From Octopus sinensis (lineage: Eukaryota), in assembly GCF_006345805.1 (NCBI RefSeq), contig NC_043007.1, positions 20,522,001 to 20,586,000 of the forward strand: 64,000 nt of DNA, written 5' to 3'. The position numbers and the translations under genes are program-made. Each line of letters begins with the position of its first letter. Within the stretch, counting starts at the first letter, position 1. This document shows positions 23,224 through 33,737 of the stretch, one piece after another. The notes below the pieces were generated by a model that was not told the origin of the DNA, did not search any database, and saw only the letters and a list, made by a program, of their open reading frames with translations.

Positions 23224-23371
23224 CGGTGGTTCCCGACCTGTGGTCCGCAAAGGTAATTCTGGAAGTCTGTGATCATGTTAAGCCGACAGACCTTTCAATA
23301 TCCTGGGGTCCGTGGGAAAACTCATTTAAAGGAAGAGGGGTCCTTGGTAGTGAAAAGGCTGGGAACCACTT
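23224..23371. mobile_element. hAT-type MITE
   Basis: C(G)GTGGTTCCC...GGGAACCACT termini, 8-bp TSD GTTTAAAC/GTTGAAAC. Confidence 0.6.
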
Positions 23372-24047
23372 GTTGAAACCATTTAGAATTGGGCATTACT
23401 GTTTCTAGGTCAATGTTTGTCTAATCCAAATTGACCCCTTTTGGGGGGTCAATGAAATAAGTACGAGTTGAGCAGTTGGGTTGATGTAAATAACTTAACT
23501 ATTCTTGGATAAAAGTATGAAAATGAACTTCACCCCTCTGCCTTGCTGTGCCAGTGTAGCAAAGTTGATTCATCAAACCAATATGATCTGAAGCTCAAAT
23601 TCACAGCCTCACAGCCTCCACATCAGATCATGGTTGATGGAGAGAACATGCTGAGGCCTTTGTTCTGTAGTAGACTGAACATGGGCAATCCAGTCCATTC
23701 TCAACCCAAGGCTCAGGTGAGTCTTCATTTAAGGTCTTATTCTTAGCCTCTTCTTTTCTTCATTTTCCTTTCAATTAAGGCCACCTGTTCCTACCGTTCT
23801 GCCATACTTTAACCACTCATCACCCTGCATGAAGCCAGCTCCCTGCCACTTCAGTCGAGGGGGTCTTGTCTTGTGCCGTATAAAAAGCATCCGGTTCACT
23901 CTGCAAAGTGTTTGGCATTAGGAAGAGCACCCAGCTGTAGGAACCATGCCAAAGCAAAAGCTGGAGCTTGATGAAGTCCTCTGACCCACCATCTCCTGTA
24001 GAACCATTCAACCCATGCCAGCATGGAAGACAGATGTACTACTGGTG

Positions 24048-24476
24048 CTGCTGCTTCTCCTCCTCCTTCTTCTTCTCCTTCTTCTTCTTTTTCTTCTCCT
24101 CCTCCTCCTTCTTCTTCTCCTCCTCCTCCTTTTTCTTCTCCTCTTCTCCTCCTCTTTCTTCTTCTCCTCCTTCTTTTTCTTCTCCTTCTTCTTCTCCTCC
24201 TTCTTTTTCTTCTCCTTCTTCTCCTCCTTTTTCTTCTCCTCCTCCTCCTCCTTCTTTTTCTTCTCCTCCTCCTCCTTCTTTTTCTTCTCCTTTTTCTTCT
24301 TCTCCTCCTCCTTCTTTTTCTTCTCCTTCTCCTCCTTCTTCTCCTCCTCCTCCTTTTTCTTCTCATTCTCCTCCTCCTCCTTTTTCTTCTCCTTCTCCTC
24401 CTCCTCCTCCTTCTTCTTCTTCTTCTTCTTCTTCTTCTTCTTCTTCTTCTTCTTCTCCTTCTCCTCCTCCTTCTCT
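24048..24476. repeat. (CTT/CTC)n polypyrimidine-polypurine microsatellite
   Basis: About 430 nt of almost pure C/T on the + strand. Confidence 0.95.
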
Positions 24477-24764
24477 AGGTGTTCAGTAGAGCTTATGTAT
24501 CAAATGAACTTTATTCTCTTTGCATATTTCTGGAGTCTCCAGAGAAATTTGAAATCTAATGAAAAGACTCAAGTCATTGTTTTACGTAATCAACACAACC
24601 CCTTGAAAATATGATAGTACTAGTAAAGGAATTATGCCCAGCATCTATCTAAATGAGACAGATCGGAACTCAAAATTGAAATTTACACAAATTATTAGAG
24701 TGAAAATTCCTTTGTTTAAAATCGTTGATTTTGTTTCTATTGTAGTTTTTTTTTTATTTTTCAG

Positions 24765-24783
24765 AACGTTTCCAGCTTGTTAA
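24765..24783 (+). CDS. PPME1: PPME1 terminal coding exon (RTFPAC-stop)
   Basis: Strong polypyrimidine tract with AG at 24763-24764, phase 2 join, TFPAC* resembles human VFPGC*, TAA at 24781-24783. Confidence 0.9.
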
Positions 24784-25058
24784 CCCTGTTTTGGTGTTGG
24801 ATGTCAACATGAAGTCATTTTGATACAATTACTGCCCCTTTTCCAAACTACATTGGTTTCTATTACTGCACTTCTGAACTGAAGTTCACTGCAGCCCTTT
24901 AACAAAGCTATCCCCAACTGTGAAAAGCTTTTGTTCAAATAGTAACATGATTTGACCCTTAACAATAGATTTCTTCATAATTTATATTACCAAAATATTT
25001 CATTGGTATTTTTTTTTCTTCTTTTGTTTGAAGTTTGTTTTCTAAGTGTTATATTTAA

Positions 25059-25064
25059 AATAAA
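25059..25064 (+). other. Candidate polyadenylation signal of PPME1
   Basis: AATAAA about 275 nt after the stop in an AT-rich 3' UTR. Other sites are possible. Confidence 0.4.
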
Positions 25065-25684
25065 CTGCTGAAGATAGAACCATAATCCCCAACACACTGT
25101 AAAGCATTTTACCAGCTTTATTTCCACATGAATGCAAGAAATACTATGAAAAGATTCTTTAATTCATGAACAAAAACTTTGACATTTTGGAAATTAAAGA
25201 TGTAAAATAACACCAATTTTTCTTTTGTTAAATTATTATTCTGAAAAACCTATTCACTTATATTTTGTATCTAGACTTCATTATTATAGTTATTTTGATA
25301 TTTTTCATTTGTATAATTTTTATATCCTGGGGTGCCCCTTTGATGGGGGAGTTCATCACACACACACAATGTGAGATGATTGTTTCACTTTTAACAGTGA
25401 AACTATTATCTCACATTACAAAAGTGATGACATTGTTTCACTTTTGACACGTAATACTGAAACAGTGTAAGGGATTACTCTGGGTTCGCATTAGGCAATC
25501 CCTGCTGTACTCTTTTGCCATAACTTTCTTTCACTCTTTCTTCTGTTGGCCTGCTCACTTACCAGCGGGTGGTGTCATTTGAAGGCTAAAACAATGCGAA
25601 ACGCATTGTGACAAGCGATGTGTAGCAACATCTGATAGTCTGGTCGGTCACGTGATATATATATAACACAATAAATGTCACCCT

Positions 25685-25958
25685 TTTCAAGCCTAGCCAG
25701 GCTCATGGACCCGGTTTCTGTGGCGTATGTGTTTTCCCCCCAGGACACCAGTCCATCGCAGCATTACTCAAGAAAGAGGAAGAGAGAGTGAGAGAAAGTT
25801 GGGGGCGAAAGAGTACAACAGGGGTCGCCACCCCTCCCTGCTGGAGCCTTGTGGGACTTTTAGGTGTTTGCGCTCAATAAACACACACAACGCCCGGTCT
25901 GGGAATCGAAACTGCGATCCTCCGACTGCGAGTCTGCTGCCCTAACCATTGGGCCACC
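25685..25958 (-). mobile_element. SINE family D (tRNA-derived head GGCCCAATGGTTAGGGCAGCAGACTCGC), tail variant 3
   Basis: Shared head and body with 26950-27339, 55329-55701 and 60579-60886, but the tail is GCGATGGACTGG...GCCACAGAAACCGGG. Confidence 0.75.
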
Positions 25959-25969
25959 ACATATATATA

Positions 25970-26519
25970 CAGGGTCAGGCAAAATGATCTGACACATTTG
26001 TAGGTTAAATAAAAGGCAAATGAAGTAAAGAAACAAAAAAGTGTTTTTATTTTTGAAAAGTACATATGCCATTTTGTTTTTCATTATGTTTTAAAAATAA
26101 ATCAGTCAAATGGGATCCATTATTGTCCACACACTGTCGAAGGCGTTCACGAAAGTTGTCAATAACTCAGCGGGTCATTTCATGTGGAATGGCAGTAATT
26201 TCTTGACGAATTGCATCTTTAAGTTCTGGCGGTGCGAGGTCGGCCGGTTGATTTCGTTTCAATGCAGATCCAGTTGCTCTGAAGTTGTGTAACCCATAAC
26301 AAGATCGTGTTTCGAGCTGGTACGGGATCATGTCTACCAAGATTGAAGTGCAAACGGAATGCTCTTTGTGTTGCAGTTACAGAATCGTTTGTTTGATAAA
26401 CATTTCCACAATGAAAGCGCGATGCTCACCAGTCCATTCATGCAGCAACTGAAAAAGAAACGAAAAACAATGCCTTTTATTTAACCTACAAATGTGTCAG
26501 ATCATTTTGCCTGACCCTG
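25970..26519 (-). mobile_element. Internally deleted Tc1/mariner DNA transposon
   Basis: About 49-bp TIR CAGGGTCAGGCAAAATGATCTGACACATTTGTAGGTTAAATAAAAGGCA, TA on both sides. The minus strand keeps the N-terminal HTH region (WTGEHRAFIVEMF..NDSVTATQRAFRLHF..GRPRT) fused to the C-terminus (LKDAIRQEITAIP...FRERLRQCVDNNGSHL). Confidence 0.88.
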
Positions 26520-26949
26520 TATATATGCAGATTCTGCAGTGCCTACTCCCATTAATATATGGGCCTGGATGCCCTGTGATCTTCCACCTGGTATCATATA
26601 GGGTCCCTTGATCTTTGAGGTACCACACATGGCTGGCCAGGGGCATGACAAAATGTCTTTCTGGGATCTGAAGGATGACTGGTGGTCGCAGAAGCATCAT
26701 TTGAAAGCTGTGCTAGCCAATCCGATATATTTACAGGCTTGGATGCTGGCTGTATTCACATTCATGGTGTATTTCTGGTAGGTTCAATGCCTGGGGATGT
26801 TGTTGTCAGTGGTGTTGATGTTGTCATTATGATGCATTGGTCTGGCAGTACTGGTTTGTCTGTTGTTGATGCAGTTATTGCCGTGGTTGTCATCTCTGGT
26901 CATATGGTTGGCGCTGATGCTGTCAGCGTTGGTATGGGTGCTGCTGCTG

Positions 26950-27339
26950 CTTTGTTGAGCGAAGCGGTCTTCGTCCCAGAGCTCGCAAGATCGCGCCTCT
27001 GTAGTGGGAGAAGTCCAAAACGTGGTCCTTTGCTATTCGTAAGACCTGCAGAAGAGAAAGCAGGTCAACCCCCGACACCGAGAGCATCGACGGATGGATG
27101 AATGCACATCCAGGCTCAGCGGTTGCGTAGGAAGTCGGGTACAAGAAAGAGGAAGAAAGAGTGAGAGAAAGTTGGCACGAAAGAGTACAACAGGGGTCGC
27201 CACCACCCCCTGCCAGAGCCTCGTGGAGCTTTAGGTGTTTTCGCTTAATAAACACACACAACGCCTGGTCTGGGAATCGAAACCGCAATCCTCCGACCGC
27301 GAGTCTGCTGCCCTAACCATTGGGCCATTGCACCGCCAC
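26950..27339 (-). mobile_element. SINE family D, tail variant 2
   Basis: 14-bp TSD GGGTGCTGCTGCTG at 26936-26949 and 27340-27353. Confidence 0.85.
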
Positions 27340-28717
27340 GGGTGCTGCTGCTGGTAACATAGGGTGCAGGGCCAGTTACTTCCTTGGCGAAGATGATACT
27401 GGTCTGGTCATCATCTGTGGTGATGGTACTGTGGTCATTGGTTACCTCCCCTGTGTCGTTGGTACTGGGTTGGTCATCCTCACTGGCTGTGACATTTGTA
27501 CTGGGGTCGATGGTATTAGAGCTGGTGATTCTGCTACTGTCATCACTTCTGGTGCCATCACTATGGTAATGCGGTTGCTGTTGGTAATTCATAAATCCCC
27601 AAAAAAGCACTCTCTAAGATATAGAACTGTGTAGTATATAGATAAAGAAAGATAAGGCTGGTCTGTGGTATTACCCTGGGTTTTTGATGATACACTGTAA
27701 AGCTAAGTGCTTTACGGACGTGAAACCCAGAGTAATACCATAGACTGGCCTTATCTTTCTTTGCCTGTCTGTCCATCTGTCTATCTATCGATATATATAT
27801 AAATATATATATATAATATAAATGATATACATATATGCATCTAAACATACGTATATGTACATACTTACATCTATATGTATATATATATACACACATACAC
27901 ACACACATATATATATATGCATATGTGGGCACAGGACGTCATAAAGCATAAACAACAAAAAATACGAAGTACAAGTACATGGAATATGAATTATTTTTTT
28001 GAACAACAAAAGACACAAATGGAAAAGAAGACAAACAACATAAAGGACGACCCTTCATCAGTTGTCGGCTGTTTTTTCTACTCTACTCTTGTATTTCAAG
28101 CATTTCACAACAAGATACGCCTTCGATAAAACAGCTGTTCCTGCAAAGCAAATTAAATAAAATTTGGGATTTTGTGGAGGGTCAAAATTGTTAACAAAAA
28201 CAGGACTGTGAAAACAAACAGGAAGGACTGCTTTTCTCTATGGCTGACATTTGTCAATGGCTTCTCTCAGTGTTTTTAAAATGCCATTTTGTATCATTAA
28301 TAAAACTGTAGGTATTTTTATGACACAAGTTTGCTAGTATTTTATAAAAGTCACTTAATATTAAACATATAAAAATGCCAAAATTATATTTATTCTGTTC
28401 GATTAAAGGACAAAAAAAAAAAAAGGGGGTACAAAGAAGCCTCTAAACATACTTCCATGATTTACCACTTGCTTTTTACTGGCATACGTATACATCTGCC
28501 CCACCACCACCACCACCACAGACTTTGTTTCCTCATAACATCCAGAAAAATGGATATTTTTGTATGAAATTTTCAATAGATAGATTCTGATTATATCAAA
28601 ATCGGCGATCTTTCGTTACAAGTACGATAACCCACTTACAATTATAAACCCACGTGGATTTATTTACATTTCTGAAGAAAAAAGAAGCCCCTTTCCCCCA
28701 CCCCTAACCCTAACCCC

Positions 28718-28748
<31 letters not shown>

Positions 28749-28939
28749 GGACCCGGGTTGAGTCGGGGTTAACCACAGTAAATAAGGTACTCAATACATA
28801 GCAGAGTAAATTAATTTATTTTATAGAAGGAGCTTCTACAGGACTGATTTCATTTGAATGAATAGGACTAGACTGTTTCATTCAATGAAATCAGTCCTGT
28901 AGAAGCTCCTTCTATAAAATAAATATATATATATATATA

Positions 28940-30128
28940 TAAATTCACGGAAAGTGACGATCTTCTTGATATGTAAACCAACTTGGCAGTTATGGTACCT
29001 GTACCGAAAGATCGCCTCAGTCACACGAGTTGGGGCGATTTTAGGTCTACTAGAGACGAAAGATTGCCTCCTACACCAAATATAGAATCTATTATCGCCT
29101 CATCTAATAAACGTAAACCTAGCTCTTACTATCTAAATACATACAACCCTGCCATAGACCTACACAATGAAAGCACTAACACCGATCGCAAGGGTGTGTG
29201 GGTATAATTGCAGCGTGGAAGATGTGTAGCGACGACCGTACGCAAAGATTCCACCGAGGTCGACTTTGCCTTTCATCCTTTCGAGGTCGATAAATTAAGT
29301 ACCAGTTACGCACTAGGGTCGATGTAATTGACTTAATTCGTTTGTCTGTCCTTGTTTGTCCCCTCTGTGTTTAGCCTCTTGCGAGCAATAAAGAAACAGA
29401 CCGTACGCAAAGAAGATGGTGACAGAATGTCTCCTTTTAAACGCCGCACGGTCGCCTTACAAAGAAGAAGCCAAAATAAGTGCCAAAAGGAATCTGCCAC
29501 ATTATTTCTATTTTATATTTCTCAAACAGTGAGGATATCAACGAGGTACGCTACAGATGTTTGTAAGCCATTTAAACAACCCACAAAAAGCCTTTATATG
29601 TATGAGGAGCCGGGGTGAGTGTAGCCGCGTGGCCAAAACGTCGATGTTTTGACACATAAAATATAAGATATAATATAAGATTGTTGTGATGAGTGGTCAG
29701 TCTACATCTATCCATCACTACAGGATTATAGTGTGTATGTGCGTGCATTAACACACATACGTACAGGCGTACGTACGTACATACATACATACAGGCGTAC
29801 GTACGTAAATACATACACACAGGCGTACGTACGTACATACATACATGCATACATGCGTGCATACATACATACACACATACATACGTACATATATATAACA
29901 AACTAACTGTTACTTTCTCAGATGCATCACGGATTTTTGTCAGTGAACAGGTCGCCGTCTTAAAGCGACGAATATATTTTGACAAATTAAACTTAAATGT
30001 TGAAGTGAATCGAACGGTTTTTGTGAGTTTCTTAACTGGCTTACAAACACCTTCCACGCTGCAATTATTTTCGTTCCAGCACAACGATCTCAGATCAGAT
30101 CACTTGCTATGCAAGTACATCTCCGTAA
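28940..30128. repeat. Unclassified interspersed repeat (family H) with a SINE B insertion
   Basis: Segments recur at about 37395-37645 and 56677-56906. SINE B at 29249-29398 has the 15-bp TSD GACCGTACGCAAAGA. Confidence 0.6.
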
Positions 30129-30644
30129 TATAAGATACTTTGAGGTAAATCTGGGAAAGCGCGTAAAATATAAAATAAATCATTTCGAAAAAAAATTAAA
30201 ATGAAACATATTTTATTTGGCAATTATATTATGAAAATAGTTCGTTTTGTAATTCTTTAAGGTTTTCTTATGTTTTCTCCGACCCGTTCTCGGCTTCCTT
30301 CCTTTTTCACATCAATGGTTGTTGCGCATCGACCTCACATTATTTCAGGCGCTTGTCTGAAAGACAAAACACGATTCTTGAACTTTAATTCAAGAAAAAA
30401 ACGAATTCTGGAAAACATCGAAACATCTCTGGGTCTCAGATAAATCGGCACAAGATTTTCAAGAGAATTACTTAATTTTAAGATACTCGGTCGCGGCAAA
30501 AATGACGACAGAATAGATTTTAAATGATTAGAAAGAGAATCGAAGCGGGTCCAACTGACGCAGGAAAAAGCCAAATAAACGAATTCGACCTCATTTATTA
30601 GTAATAAATAATATAAAGCTTGTTTAGCGGCCAGCTGGGGGAAT

Positions 30645-30716
30645 GGGGATGTAGCTCAGTGGTAGAGCGTTCGCTTCGCATGTGAAAGGCCCCGGGTTCA
30701 ATCCCCGGCATCTCCA
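30645..30716 (+). tRNA. tRNA-Ala (anticodon CGC)
   Basis: 72 nt, GGGGATG/CATCTCC acceptor stem with G3-U70, anticodon arm TTCGC-TTCGCAT-GTGAA, intact A and B boxes. Confidence 0.95.
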
Positions 30717-30720
30717 GGAC

Positions 30721-30726
30721 TTTTTT
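30721..30726 (+). terminator. RNA polymerase III terminator (T6) of tRNA-Ala
   Basis: TTTTTT 4 nt after the tRNA 3' end. Confidence 0.85.
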
Positions 30727-30897
30727 ACCTCTTTTTTTAGTACTCTCAGGTACATTATTATATTTAATACTACACATTTCGGATAGTATATATTTCTTTA
30801 CTGTTTTTTTATATATATATATACATATACTCTGTCTTCCATATATATATATATATATATGTACTATCCGAAATGTATAGTATTAAATATAATAATG

Positions 30898-30936
<39 letters not shown>

Positions 30937-31054
30937 ACAGAGTATAATATAGGTGAAAATCCATATAAATTATATGGATTTGATCCACGATCCAGTTAGG
31001 AGTTTTGTTTTTCTCTTTATCGTTTTTATTTTCCACTTCTTTCAGCCATTTCAC

Positions 31055-31370
31055 TACGGCCATGCTGGAGCACCGCATTGAAGCATGACACTTATTCTAT
31101 CCCTGCCATAGGGTTACGAGGACGAAAACAAACGGCTAGGAGGACCATCAGAAGCACACACATACATTATATATATCAAAATGTGACCTCGTGTGTACCG
31201 TTGGCGATTTTTTTCCCTCTGTCTTCCCGTCTCTGGAACTTTCGTTCTCCTATGTTTCCGACGAAGAGCTCCGCTCGAAACGTTAAACCTTCCTTCTTTC
31301 CTGAGCGTCCAATAATACTATATTTGTTCCACGTCCTCGCATTGTTGTGTTTTTTTGTTTTTAACTTTAT
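31055..31370 (+). mobile_element. Penelope-like repeat with a minimal hammerhead motif
   Basis: GTTT-CCGACGA-A-GAGC-TCC-GCTC-GAAACGTT-AAAC at 31254-31288. Degraded relative at 15596-15630. Outer boundaries approximate. Confidence 0.55.
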
Positions 31371-31492
31371 ATATATATATTGTATGTTTTATTACCCCAA
31401 ATTTTTAATTTAACAAATTTTTACCAAATGTTTTATGATTTTAAGCGTAAATTCAATGTGTTATATATGCAACATTGATTCTTATATATTTA

Positions 31493-32496
31493 CTAGCAGT
31501 ATCGCCCGGCGTTGCTCGGGTTTGTAAGGGAAATAACTATAAAAGCATTTTTAGAGAGTTACTTCCAATTCGGGCTTTCTTAACCATTTCTGTTTTGGTG
31601 TCTTAAAAGCCATGAAGTCGTTGTTCTAAAAGAACGCCGGTCTCCTTGACAACGCATTACGACGTTGATTTCTTTACACTCCCTTCCCCACAGCTTCACG
31701 AGGGAGGGAAGGGGGAGAAGCAAACAGGTGCAGCTGTGAGCGTGGACGTTAACTCCGCCGCCATCGACACACGAAAAATTATGCATTAAAATGGAATAAA
31801 AAAATGATGTTAAATTATTTTTAAAATCGTAGACTCATCGTAGACGCGCGCTAATAGCCAGACGGGCTAGATATTAATCACGACTATAAGATACCCGAAT
31901 TTGGTTAAACTGCACCGCAAAATGTGGGAGAAGTTAGGAATCTAAATCGAAGGGGACAGACACTCACACAACTACAGTTTTATATATATAGACTAGCAGT
32001 ATCGCCCGGCGTTGCTCGGGTTTGTAAGGGAAATAACTATATAAGCATTTTTAGAGAGTTACTTCCCTTATAAATTCGGGCTTTCTTAGCCATTTTTGTT
32101 TTGGTGTCTTCAAGCCATGAAGTCGTTGTTCAAAAGAACGCTGGTTTCCTTCACAACGCATTACGACGTTGATTTCTTAACACTCCCTTCCCCACAGCTT
32201 CACGAGGGAGGAAGGGGGAGAAGCAAACAGGTGCAGCTGTGAGCGTGGACGACAACTCCGCCGCCATCGACACACGATGCATTTTATGCATTAAAATGGA
32301 ATAAAAAATGATGTTAAATTATTTTTAAAATCGTAGACTCATCGTAGACGCGCGCTAATAGCCAGACGGGCTAGATATTAATCGTGACTATAAGATACCC
32401 GAATTTGGTTAAACTGCACCGCAAAATGTGGGAGGAGTTAGGAATCTAAATCGAAGGGGACAGACACTCACACAACTAGAGTTTTATATATATAGA
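31493..32496 (-). mobile_element. Head-to-tail dimer of a 500-bp non-autonomous Helitron
   Basis: Units 31493-31992 and 31993-32496. On the minus strand each starts TC and ends hairpin-CTAG. The junction is CTAG|TC with no spacer and the outer flanks are A|..|T. Confidence 0.9.
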
Positions 32497-32654
32497 TATA
32501 TGATATTTATATATTACTATATTTTTAAAACGTCGGACTTTATATCTGTTCTGTAGATATAAATGAATATATGAATATGTGTATGTGTTTGATCTTTCTG
32601 TGGATTTTGTAATGTTCCTTTAGTTGCTGCTCACATTGCCTCCCCTCGGATTAA

Positions 32655-32697
32655 TAAGTATATATATATATTAATAAGTATATATATATATATACAC

Positions 32698-32733
<36 letters not shown>

Positions 32734-32897
32734 GGAGAGAGAGAGAGAGAGAGAGAAAGAAAGAAAGATAGATAGATACATAGATAGATAGACAGATAGA
32801 CAGATAGATAGATAGATAGATAGATATATAGATAGATAGATAGATAGACAGATAGATAGATAGACAGACAGACAGATAGATAGACAGATATATATAT

Positions 32898-32942
<45 letters not shown>

Positions 32943-33108
32943 GATAGATAGATATATAGATATATAGATAGATAGACAGATAGATAGATAGACAGAGAGA
33001 CAGATGATAGAACAGATAGATAGATAGATGGATAGATAGATAGACAGACAGACAGATAGATAGACAGACAGATAGATAGATAGATAGATAGATGGATAGA
33101 TAGATATA
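32655..33108. repeat. Compound (AT)n/(AG)n/(GATA)n microsatellite
   Basis: Direct inspection. Confidence 0.95.
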
Positions 33109-33264
33109 CAGGTAATTGTTCAGTTGAGTGATTTTTAAAAAGTAAATAAAATCAAGGGGGAGATAACTAGTAAAGATGCATACGTAAGTCACCTTTTTGT
33201 TAAGCAACATAAATACTGTAATAAAGTAACACTGTAAATTACAATTTTCGGACGTGTTTAATTC

Positions 33265-33737
33265 TTAACTGAAATTTTTTACTCGGTGTATGTGTGTATG
33301 TATGTATGCATGTATGTGTGTGTGTGTATGTATCTATGTATGTGTGTGTGTATGTGTGTGTGTATGTATGTATGTATGTGTGTGTGTATGTATCTATGCA
33401 TGTGTGTTTGTATGTATGTGTGTGTGTATGTATGTATGTATGTGTGTATGTATGTATGTATGGCCGATTCAGTGTACACTGAATCGGCCATACATACATA
33501 CATACATACACACACACATACTTACACACACACACACACGCACATACATTCAGATATACATATACACATACACCGAGTAAATAATTACACTGAATCGGCC
33601 ATACATACACACACATAGATACATACACACATACATACACACACACATACATACACACACACACATACATAGATACATACACACACACATACATGCAGAC
33701 ATACATGCACACATACACCGAGTAAAAAATTTCAGTT
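33265..33737. repeat. Inverted/tandem trimer of a microsatellite-containing unit with a perfect central palindrome
   Basis: Unit ACACTGAATCGGCCAT..(CA/CATA)n..CATACACCGAGTAAA occurs once on - and twice on +. Palindrome centre at 33475/33476. Confidence 0.85.

Noticed and set aside
23896-24614. Poly-Arg, poly-Phe/Ser and poly-Leu ORFs
   Set aside because: Stop-free frames of the (CTT/CTC)n tract.
25900-25958. tRNA-like sequences at SINE D heads (also 27270-27339, 55329-55400, 60579-60650) as tRNA genes
   Set aside because: No complete acceptor stem or terminator; they run directly into SINE bodies with TSDs.
28035-28065. ACAACTGATGAAGGG on the minus strand as a hammerhead
   Set aside because: The CTGATGA core is present but there is no GAAA or stem III, so it cannot be supported.
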